Source of the DNA: Lingula anatina | Taxonomy: Eukaryota > Animalia > Brachiopoda | Direction: 5' to 3' | Length of the DNA: 64,000 nucleotides | Assembly: GCA_051362555.1 (NCBI GenBank) | Contig: CM120648.1 | Span: 13,078,587 to 13,142,586, forward strand | Shown here: one piece after another, positions 13,683 to 24,834 of the stretch | How the letters are laid out: the number at the start of each line of letters is the position of its first letter | How positions within the stretch are numbered: the stretch's first letter is position 1 | Translations under genes and position numbers: made by a program | Notes under the pieces: model-generated | Told to the model about the DNA's origin: nothing | The model's database searches: none | Seen by the model: only the letters and a program-made list of their open reading frames with translations

Positions 13683-13969
13683 CAAACCCTATTGCCGATA
13701 GGCAAATATTCCTTCTCGCTGTCACTATCCATTATGTCACAATGGTTCTCGTTTCTCTTCAGCTTTCGAGCACTGGCACTTTCAAATTTCTCTCTACCGT
13801 CTGTACTGTCATCAGTTTCCCTGTATATCGGTTTGCCCCAGCTACCACGTGGATTTTCTCTCAGATACACTTTCTGGTCTTCTGATTTTTTTCTTTTGCT
13901 CGGTTCGCTTTCGCTATGTTAAGTGCTCACATCCGTAAGACTTATGACAGGCAGCGCCGGTGACTGCAT
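13683..13969 (-). pseudogene. Decayed exon related to precursor exon 2
   Basis: The frame ends ...RKLKR...KEYLPIGNRV-W at a phase-2 donor (cf. exon 2 ELPVGNRA-E at a phase-2 donor). It has an in-frame TAA. The duplicate at about 23285-23553 is frameshifted and has lost the donor. Confidence 0.45.
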
Positions 13970-13976
13970 CGTTCAG

Positions 13977-14111
13977 GGCTCCGTTACTCGAAAGCATAGC
14001 GAATTGCGAATAGCGATACCACCTTTTATTTCGAGGCTATTATATGGAGACAGCAAATCCCGAGACGCTTGCGCTCTGTCGCAATTCGCGATGCTTTCGA
14101 GTTACGGAGCC
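13977..14111. mobile_element. 135-bp PIF/Harbinger (Tourist)-type MITE
   Basis: TIRs of about 33 bp (ggctccgttactcgaaagcat... / ...atgctttcgagttacggagcc) with a 3-bp TSD CAG. The empty site is visible in unit 2 at about 23560. Confidence 0.85.
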
Positions 14112-15569
14112 CAGGTGTCTGCGTATCACTTGATACCACAATAGCTCCACCCATTCCATAGCAACTAGGGCGGAGTCAACTGGCAGTATTTATTGCGGTT
14201 ACCAATGGGATAAATGCAAACATTAAAATCTTATAATTTCGAGGAAATTTTTATTGTTTTTAGTCAGCAGAAGTGTAAACAGAAAATTAGACAATAATAT
14301 ACATAAAAAACTCTTTTTATGCACTCTGATGATAATAAAGGGATACAATATCCTTAAGCCCGTTTCATTCATGATAAAGACTATGTTTGACCATTTCTGA
14401 TCTGAAATTGAAGATTACCGCCGTTACATGCTCAGTTGTGCATGTCACTGTACTTGTAACATTTTCTGTATTTCCACACAAACAATAGTAATAGTATTTG
14501 TGCTGTAAAGTATTATCCAATATTATTTTATGCACTAAAATTATTATTCACATGTATGTATTTTCAGTGTGTGAATTTGAACTCTCATGGACCTGACGTT
14601 ATATTGCTATTGTCTATGCCATCTCTTAGGTATGTGTTGATCATTTTGCTCTTAAGCATTTTTTGTTATTGTTTAAAATTGACAAAAAAGAGCATTTAGT
14701 GCATCCTTATTTTCTGCCTTTGCTCTGTGCATTTGAAAGCTTTGCTGCCTTGTTTTAATATTTAGATGCACGATGCTCCGAAGGAGTTGATAATTTATTG
14801 CATTACAAAATGCCTGTTATGTCTCATTTGTAGATGAATAAAAAGACTAAAAATACACATTTGCTATTTGTGTTTGACAGGTTATTAGATAGATGTCATG
14901 CACAGCCCGTTTTATTCGTCCAAGGTAAGCAAAAACATACCTTGGGCGAGCTATTATGCGCATGTTAATGTTCTAGTCTTTCTTTTCCTTTTGCAACTGA
15001 CTTACGTGTGGTATATAAATTTTTTTCTTTTGTTATCTTAAGGAGAGCATAATATGATATATACTATTTGCCCCCTTACAAATTAAGGCCCGAAGCTAGC
15101 AATTTCAAAAGGGGGTTCTTTTACCATGAAATCGTCATGTATCTCGATAAAATTTTACCCAGAGGGTACCTTTTCCCGGCAAAAGGGGTGATTCTTTCGA
15201 ACCCTACACCCCCCCCCCTCTCACGGGTCTGAAATGTTATTTGAAGTTACCAAGTTTTTTGTGTTCTTTAACTTTTGCCTTACTTACTATTAACCTCCTT
15301 ATCTTTTTCTTAATAAAAAAAGCCGTCGTAACAAATTCACGATATTTTTCCGAGTGGCTTTAAATATATACAAGCTAGATCGTCTAGCAGTTTCAGCACC
15401 TGCTTAATAAGCGGTGACATGCAGGCAACTATAGGACTCAGCCTGATAAGCTGCCTACTGATTGTGTAAGGACTATATAAGCTGTGTAAGGGCTATATAA
15501 GCACTAGCTTAGCCACTTACATTGTCACTGCAGCTTGGATATAGCATCGTCTTAAAATACAACACGAAG

Positions 15570-15817
15570 ATTAACACCACACGCGTGCTGCTTCTGGTAG
15601 TTACGGTTCTTGAGGCCTAGTAGGTCTCCGCATCTCTCCTAAGTCACAATTACATGTAGTTCTTTTAAATGGTTAATCAGTCTTTAGGTTTATAGAAATA
15701 AAGATTTTCTAACCGTCTCCCTTCACCATATTCGGGTCTCTTAAAACTTTCGAAAAATTTTCACCTATGTTTTGTCTTAACAGGTGGGGGCTCGGTGAGG
15801 CACTGCAAGAAGGCGGA
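15570..15817 (+). pseudogene. Pseudogene copy of peptide precursor C (exons 1-2 only)
   Basis: Aligns to 24835-25115 but has ATG>ATT, the split Trp codon TG|G changed to TA|G (stop), and the exon-2 donor GT>AT. No exon 3 was found before the duplication breakpoint. Confidence 0.8.
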
Positions 15818-17626
15818 TAAGTTGAAAACAAAATTTATTTGTTCCAAGGATTTTAAAGATAATGACCTAGCTCACGATTATATATTACAATCATGACATA
15901 ATATACATAATATTCATATACATGTAATATACAGGTATACTAGTAGTTTTTAGTATTCAAGAATATTAGCTGTTGATTCAAGAAAGGACTACTTATTCTT
16001 ATACAAGAATCATAACCAACACAGCTGATGAAATTCTTTTCTAGCTCATTAATGTCTGTATGACAGCCCCGAGAACCAAAAGTAGTTCAAACACAGCTGT
16101 GTTGGTTATGACTCTGGTCCATGTTATCTACTTTTTTACGTAAACCAAGAATGATTTTGTTTCCACGTTTGAACGAGTCTCTTAAGTCAAAAATTAACAA
16201 CAAACTTACCTCTGAGCATTGCAATTGTTAATTTTAAATTTTATTAAGAAAAAATACCACTTCAATTCTATTCATAGAATTTTATAAACGTTAGTTTTGA
16301 TCATGATGAGGGTATTTTCAATTTGCGTTGTGTATATCTGTGGTCTCCGTCCGTCTTTTTTTTTTCATAATTGTCAAAATATTCACAGAAATACATAGAA
16401 AAAACTTAAAGGTTTATCGTCAGACCGTCAGAATGACCTACATGGAGCACATTCTTCAGAAAACATGCCCAACTAATGTTATCATAATACACAAATTAGA
16501 AGGTAATTTTGTAAATTTTGAGCTTCGAAAAACCTCAATTTTAGCTAGGTCTGGGAGTTAATGAGCAACGTGATCACGTGGTCCGGTGACGACATACAAG
16601 CTACCGGAGGAGAGAGCCAGCTTGTTATGTAAACTGTCAACTGAGCTACCATTATCTACTTGAAAGATGACTTTTCAAACTACTGAGAACGATTTGTACC
16701 CATTCACCTGTCTTACTTGAGGAGTTTATATCCTGGTGAACCAGGTGCCTGTCTATTCAATTATTTAACTAGCATTTAATTACGATTATCCCAACTAGTA
16801 TAAAATAGTGCATTCGAATGACTTGAGGGAATTTTGATCATTCAATATGAGATTCATATTATTTGTGAAATTTTTTAATTAAAATTCAATTCAATTCAAT
16901 TTATGAAACGCTTGAGCCCTACAGCTCATCAGAATGAAATGCAGTAAAAATATAAAGTCATAACAACAACAATTCAACTACTACTACAACTACTAATAGT
17001 AATAATAAAAAAACTCATCAGATTTACGTTAATCATAACTTCGATGAGCATTTTAAGTTCTTTTCTAAGTTGTTTAATTGTGAAACATTGTTAAGTGATA
17101 ACGACTTAATAAGCTTGAAAACACTTTGCTTTGTTTTACAAAATTTTTGATGTATTCCTGCCCAATCACTCTGTAGCAATGACACTTAAGAACAAAATAA
17201 GTAATGATTTTTAAACATGCTGCTAATAGCAACAATGCTTTTTCCTTGTTCTGCTATATGTTTTTGGGTTTGACATTACTTTTGAATTTGCGAAAAGTTA
17301 TGCGTACGCACGCAGAACTTGGGTTTCAAATTATAAAATTATAAATCTTACTAACAAATACGTCAAAATACATGAATATGCACTTTCTTGAATAACAAGC
17401 ATTGCTAATCAACAAGAAATGTTTATGGATGCTCTATCCAAGATTTCTTCCAGAATTGCTCCCTAATTTGCCTCTGGTCAATGGTCCTATGCTTGTCAGG
17501 AACTCATTCACACGGCACCTGCAATAAAATAAGGTACGAACTTTAACCGAATATATATCATAATAAACTTATTGTGCATTTAGGTGCATTTATTGTATTT
17601 TTTATTATTATTTGGATAAGTATATA

Positions 17627-17790
17627 CTGGACGAGCGACCTAGAAAAACTAGACAAAAAAACAGTCCAGGCCGAGTTAAGGAGATGGGTTTGACCCGGGG
17701 CAAGATAGGTAAGGTAGCGAAAGACCGCGAAGAATGGCGTCACCGTGTCGCGACCCTAGTTCCCAACAGGGAAGAGGGGATACGTAAGTA
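17627..17790 (+). mobile_element. RTE-clade LINE 3' fragment
   Basis: Encodes GRATx..VQAELRRW/EMGLTRGKIGKVAKDREEWRHRVATL across frames, resembling RTE ORF C-termini. Absent from unit 1. Confidence 0.65.
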
Positions 17791-18099
17791 ATATACTAGG
17801 TGAACAAAAAAAGCCAATAATAAATCGAAAAATGGTCATAATTATCTTACTCAAACCAATTATGAGTAAACGGCTTTTTCCATATGTACCGTGAAGATAC
17901 TGAGAACAAACCTGTGCCGTCATACCTCTATCTACTTCACTTTTGCTATCTTGTGTTATTAAACAAGCACATATAAAGACAAACAACGTGCGTTAGACCA
18001 TTGTACAGGGATAGTTTTGAAGGAAAGTGTTAATCACATTTGTATTGTGTGATCTTATTTTTGATTATCCATTCTCACACCCATTGAAACTAGACTGTT

Positions 18100-21000
18100 T
18101 TAACCTACTGAAATTAGAATAAAAATTAGGAAACGAACACCATGTATCTGCATTTAGAAGGTCAACTGAGGTACATGATGTAGAGTTATCTCACGCTTTC
18201 GACAAATCACAATGTTCAAGAGATAAAGTAACATGGATAGCAACTTAAGGTCACAAGAAAGCCTCAAATAAATACGTTAAAAACGGTTTCTCAAGGATTT
18301 TGGATAGGTTATGCCTTGGCGATTACTGGAAATGTGATGAACGTATCAGTATTTTATTTATTTATTTATTTATTTATTTATTTTATTTTATTTATTTTTT
18401 TTTGCTAAATGAAGGTCTAAATGAAGGTCACTTTGTTTGTCTTTAATTTTAAGACCTTAAACGACATTTAAGATACGCAATGTCTATCTTATCAAAGTTT
18501 ATCTTATCAGTTTATCTTATCGACCGACGACCGCTTACACCTTACCACAACTCGGCGGACACCTTCCTAAAATTCGTTGAAAATTCTGGGTTTCCAGAGC
18601 ACGTTTGGATTTCTTCAGGGAAGATCTCTCTGCAAGTGGTACTCTGAGAGGAAAGAAATAATCTTGAGTTTTAACTTAACATTGGACCGTCTTGTGCCAA
18701 CACTTGTGTTATTAATGCTTACATAAGTATGTGCATGTATTTAAAATAGGATTGTTGAATCAACGCCACAAAATTACAGAACATGACAACTTTGTCTAAA
18801 GAAATAAGGATACATATCCTAACGTATACATGCATAACCCTCAAGACGCTTTTCTTTTGGGGCGGTAGGGTTAGGTGATTGCATGATCGGTAACATTTTC
18901 ATATCTTTGTTATATATAATATAATATAATAATGTTATTTTAAATCTTTTTCAGAACACTCCATGATTAGCTATTTACAGAATTATTGCCAATTTAGCTT
19001 AACTGTATTGATTTGAATTTATATAATTTGGATTGTACTATGTAAAGTTTGACTTAAAATTCATACATGTATATTGCATATTGTAGGCTTTGCAATTTCT
19101 TTGTGGATCTGTGTTAAACTTTACATTCTGAATGACTGATCGAAATGCATTAAGTACGTCTTCATGTGGTTGTCGATTATCTTTATGGGGATACAGAATT
19201 TCACCGAGTATTGTACAACTTCCATCCATCCATGTGTGTCCTCTCTTCTGAGGTTGACGTGAAATGGCCTCTTTCATTGCACTCTTCCATTGATTTACTT
19301 GTCCAACTTTTGATGTCATCCATCCATGTTAGTTTTTGTCTCCCTCTCCTATGTGTTCCTTGGACCTTCCCCATCTGCTTGCCGATGGTTTCATGCCTGG
19401 CTACGTGAACAAAGTATTGCAGTTTCCTGCACTGTATACAACTTAGACCTTGTAATGTAAGGCAAAAACAGAACACCAAGAATTTACCTTTCCATCATCT
19501 GGTTGTCAACCGCACGTCTGAAGACCTTCATGATGATATCCTTGGTAATATCTGGACGTACTCTGAGGAAGAAAGCAAAAGAATTGTTTGAATTTACGAA
19601 TGTGACACCAGTTACGACCGTCCAACGGACAACCAGCAGAGCATTACAGCGTTGGTCAGAATGTATTGGGAGTACGGAAGTATGTCGAAGTCAACATTCT
19701 ATTGGTGGATAAAGAAAAAGAGGGAGAACGTGCAAGCAAAAAATAATGATAAAGAATTAAAAAGAAAATTTATGCCACAATTTTAGTGTGCCCCTGGGTT
19801 CTCTTTGAATTACCCCCTCTTGGCCGCCGTTTAAATCTATAGCTTGTACCTTGTTTCTTACTCTCATTATATTTAAAAATAAGATTCTTTAATCTAATGT
19901 CACATCTGTCGAGTCAATACGGTAACGCACCCACCCATTACAAGCTATATTTAAGAAAGGCACTGTATACATATATACATATACATGTAGAATGTATATA
20001 ATAAACAGATGCCTTCACAACTGAAGCACTTAACCTATAAACACACTGTTTATATATACTTTACAATGTATTTATGTAAGACGTTAGATCTATAGTCAAT
20101 ATTTGTCTCACAAATACATAATCAAATAACACAAAAAATTACAGAGCTTGCAAAGATGCAAGCATGTACCAAGCATGTTTAAAAGATGAGATCATTATTA
20201 CTGTTCTTATTATTAACTGCCTTTTTGAGTGATCACAACAACTGAAACGAGGCTTAAGTGTTCTGAACGCAGAGACGTGACGCAGTTGTCCCCACCTGTG
20301 TGTTCAATGGGGCGAGCCCACATCCAGAACAACATGCAGGTCGGTTGAGGACGAACATGTTAGCCTTAAAAGATGGCAAAACTGAACTGATAGGGTTTAC
20401 ATCAAGGTTTAAGATAAACAGCAAAATCTAGTGTTTTTACACCATATCTTTTTACGTGGAAGATCTGGATGTCACTTTTGACACATATGGAACTTAAGAT
20501 AGACGGGTATCTGGAATTTGCAAATCAGCATAATATTCATCTGGCAATTAAGAAAGATGCACAGCTTACTGGACAAAAAAACCATCTCAGATATTAGTAT
20601 ATTATTTCATTACATGTTAACTAGATTACTGCAATAGTCTCCTACATGGTTTAACCAACCATTATCTGAACAGACTGCACTTATTTCAAAATTCTGTAAC
20701 CAGGTTGCTAACAAAAACAGGAATGTACAGTCTAGAACATGTAACACCTGTATTGACGAAATATTATTGCCTTCTCATAAGACAGAGAGTTTTATTAAAA
20801 GTTCTATTTGTAATTTTTAAAGCAGTTACAAAAACAAACCACTCTATATCTAATTAAGCCAAATCAGCAGGGACGGATTACTAGGTCTTCAACTTTTAGC
20901 CGCTTACTCTTAGAATATATCGTTTAAGAGAAAAAAGCCTGATAACTTTTACAGAGAAATGGTCTTAACGCTAAACGTGTCCAAACTCTGGAACAGTTTA

Positions 21001-22274
21001 CCGGGTGAAATAAAAGCAGCGGATGACAGAGATTTTTTAAAGACATTCTTAAAGACTTACAATTTATCATTATTAATTATCAAGTAATTATTAAACTTTA
21101 AGATCCTAGTATTCATAATTGACAATATTTAACTCTTAAACTTAAATTTTAGATTATTAATAAGCTATATATCTGTAGTGTTATAACGAAGTTTAAACTG
21201 CTATTTTAGCTCTCAACTTTATCATTTCAAATCTTTATTGTAATGTTCATTTCAAATCTTTATTGTAATGTTTTGTTCCTTAAAATTGTTTTAAATTGTA
21301 ATACATATATTTTACATATATGTAGCTATTTAAAACTATTGCAATGTGCATTGAGATTTTAATGGAATATTCGCCATATAAGAACTAATCATTATTATTT
21401 TTATTATCAAATAAACTGATGCTCGGCACCATGTGAATCGTAAACCTTTTCATTAAGTTAGTGTAATGGTTGAAATATTCCATACCAGTGACAATCCTGT
21501 TGCGATGACTTGTAGTGGTCAAAGAAAACAGCAAGATATAAACCATGTACTTTATCATTGAAGCTTAAATTCAAGTTTTCTGTTTAGATTACAGAGTTGA
21601 TTAAATTTTTAATCTAATATATTTCATTTTCATTTTAAATCATTTTAAATTCGTCAGGGGACGTCTCACATTGTCCAATGTTCAAGCATTAATAACGCTA
21701 GTGTTGTTAAATGTCGATAAAGTCTCCCCACCTTCATTATAGATAAGCACATGTCAAAGTTGATCTGTATGATTGTTATATCATAGCCTTTGAAAAGCGC
21801 TTATATAAAAACATCGTAATACTAGTGTTGTAGAAATAACTTACCTTGCCCGACTGTTGGCAGGTAGTTCTTTCATGAGTCCCCTGTAAAGAAAAATATT
21901 CCGGATAAATCCCTCAGAATTTATACTGCGTAGTATGACTGCAGCTACCATTAAATGAGGAATAAGGAAACATGATGCTCGTGTACTCTCCACAAGAGGC
22001 CCTTCTAGCTGTCACAAATTTGGTTGATGGATTTCGGCCATTTTGTGTCAGCTAGCTATATAAGACCCCTTATATACAGTAAGGTCGGTTAGCTATAGGT
22101 AAACGAAGAAAACAGTTTTATCAGTTACAAATCCGAAATGACTAAATAGCCAATCGAATAAACATAAAAGCGGTATATTTAAAGTGCACGTAACTACGGA
22201 TAGAATAAATTTCTATAGACCTACCAAGCCTCAACAAAAGTTAGGATCATTAGCAGCAGAAGTGCGGTCTTCAT
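18100..22274 (-). CDS. Secreted peptide precursor B, 88 aa (89 with the alternative acceptor), 5 coding exons
   Basis: Exons 22274-22225, 21883-21845, 19562-19488, 18643-18546, 18104 (or 18107)-18100. All introns are GT-AG with phases 2,2,2,1. Translation: MKTALLLLMILTFVEA-WGLMKELPANSRARVRPDITKDIIMKVFRR-AVDNQMMERVPLAERSSLKKSKR-ALETQNFQRILGRCPPSC(V)G*. Confidence 0.82.
19222..19436 (-). mobile_element. 5'-truncated RTE LINE in intron 3 of gene B
   Basis: RKLQYFVHVARH..MGKVQGTHRRGRQKLTWMDDIKSWT matches the RTE C-terminus. It has an (ATGG)n tail and an 8-bp TSD tacaactt (19214-19221, 19437-19444). The empty site is in unit 1 at about 8245. Confidence 0.85.
20325..21405 (+). mobile_element. L2/CR1-clade LINE fragment in intron 2 of gene B
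   Basis: Duplicate of 9360-10443; motifs VEDLDVTFD, LDYCNSLLHGL and EHVTPVL. Confidence 0.8.
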
Positions 22275-24834
22275 TAACGTGCTATATCGCATAATGTATA
22301 CTTGTAATGTTATTTCTAAGGCGCAGTAAAGTGTATGCATAATGCAAGTCAGCCTCGAAAGCCCTGACGTCTAACCAGGCCAAGATATTCAGATACATCA
22401 CCACTTATTCAACACAACATTCGAAATATTTTTCCGAGTTAGGTACGACTTATTGATAATTTACCTACATAACTCTTTGACTAATAAGTGCCGGGTACCG
22501 GTACCTGTAAAACAGGAAAAAGTGAGAAATGTCCTATTATCCAGGGTCCCGATATTTCAGAAATCAGGGGTGCGTGAAATACCAAGTCCCGGACTCGGAT
22601 ACATGGTAAGTTTTGTATAATGTTTCAGACTTTAGGCAAGTACAAGTAACCACTGATGTCCACATTTATTAACATTCAATATTATCATGAACAACAAGAA
22701 GATTGTAGTTTTCCACCGCTTCAATAGCCCCACAAACCAAAATCAGCACAAACACGTTCTTGTCTGATTTATTTTGTTAAAATGATTTCGTGCAGTTTTG
22801 TTTTGTTTTGTTTAAAAACATAACTTGACAACAACAATCTGGAGTGTGTGAAGCGTTATTGTATATTTTGTTTTCTTCATTTTCTTTTCCATTTTGGAAA
22901 ATACTAATAAACAGAATTAACAATGTAAAATGAGAGAGAGATAGGGGGAGAGAGATGGAGAACAAACAATATTGTTGAGCAGTTTATAACGATATTTAAT
23001 TCCATATACACTTTATCAAACATTTAAATTAAAAAAAAAGAACGAGTGTGAAGCTGTAAGATTCTGGTTTTCTCTACATAAACAATAGCACTACAAACGA
23101 TGTGCATGATATCGTTATGGTGGAAATATCTTGAAAAAATATGAAAATAATATTATGACAAATCTGCATTTACTATTACTATTGCGCGAAATGCCTACGG
23201 TGACATGTGCTTCAGGCTTGTGGATTCTTCATTTCATAACTATTTGAATATATCTGAGCAGAGCTTAAAATGCGTTTATTCCTAAATCCTATTGCCGATA
23301 GGTAAATATTCCTCCTTTCTGTCAATGTTCATTATGTCAGAATGTTTCTCGTTTTTCTTCAGCTTTCGAGCACTGGCACTCTCAAACTTCCCTCTACCGT
23401 CTGTGCTGTCATCAGTTGGCCCAGCTACCACGTGGGTTTTTTCTTAGATACGTTTTCTGGTCTTCTGATTTTTTTTCGCTCGGTACGCTTTCGTCTCCCT
23501 ATGTTGACTGCTCACATCCGTAAGACTCATGACAGGCAGCGCCGGTGACTGCATTGTTTAGGTGTCTGCGTATCACGTGACACAACAGTAGCTCCACCCA
23601 TTCCATAGCAACTAGGGTGGAGTCAACCAACAGTATTCGCTGTGGTTAACAACTGAAAAAATGTAATATTTTCGAGGGAATTTTTATTGTTTTTAATAAG
23701 CAGAATTGTAAATAAAAAATAACAATAATATGCACGAAAAATTCTTTTTATTGACGATAATAAAGGGTTATAATATCCTTAAGACTATTTCCTTCATGCT
23801 TAAGACCATGTTAGAGCAAGTCTGATCTGAAAATGAAGATTAACACCATTCCAGAGTCACTTGTGAGTGCCATTAAAGACCTGAACTAGTAACATTTTAT
23901 GTATTTCCACACAAATAATAGTACTAGTGTTTGTGCTGTTTTAACTGAAAAGTATAATGCAATGTTATTTTATGCACTATAATCATTATTTACATTTTTG
24001 TATTTTCAGTGTGTGAATTTAAACTTTCATGGACCTAAATTTATATTCCATTTGTCCTTGTCACCAGTTACGTATGATTAAAATTTGTTGATCATTGTGG
24101 TCTTAAGCATTGTTTATTATTGTTTCAAAACTGACAAAAGGACCGTTTTGTGTATCTTTATTTTGTTTTAATATCTTTACTGCATGATGCTCCAATGGTC
24201 GTGATAGTTGTACCACGGTTGCTAATTTTTATCATATAACAAAATACCAGATACATATTTGTCCCGTTTGTAGATTAATGAAATACTGGAAATGCACATT
24301 TACTCTTTGTGTGTGACAGGTCATTAGTTAGATGACACGCACAGTCTATTTATTCGTCCAAGGTAAGCAAAACAAACTGGGCGAACTTATATGTGCAGTA
24401 AGATTGTAAATGCATTGTTTTTCTTTTCCTCTTGTAACTGACTTACACGTGATTTTTTTCTTTTTCTTTTGTTATCTTAAGGAAAGCATTTGCCTCCTTA
24501 CAAATGTAAATTGAAGTTACCAAACTTTTTGTCTTCTTTAAATTTTGCCTTACTATTTGCCTTCTTATCTTTTTCTTGAATTAACTTCGTATGGGAACTT
24601 AATAGAGAAAAGTCGAAGTAACCAATTCACGATATTTTTCCGAGTGACTAATTACAAGCTAGATCGTCTGGCAGTTTCAGCAACTGCTTACTACGTGGTG
24701 ACGTAACTATTGGGCTCGGCCTGATAAGCTGCGAAATAGGTGTGAGGGTTATGTAAGCTGGCGTCACTTACCCAGCTACTAATACATTGTAACTGCAGTT
24801 TGGATACAGCATTGTCTTACGATACAACACGAAG

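Larger units (their letters stand above)
6590..15900. repeat. Tandem segmental duplication, unit 1
   Basis: Colinear similarity to about 17370-25205 from end to end (e.g. 6650 vs 17437, 9290 vs 20260, 10460 vs 21410, 13600 vs 23200, 15875 vs 25180), interrupted by unit-specific transposon insertions. Confidence 0.92.
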
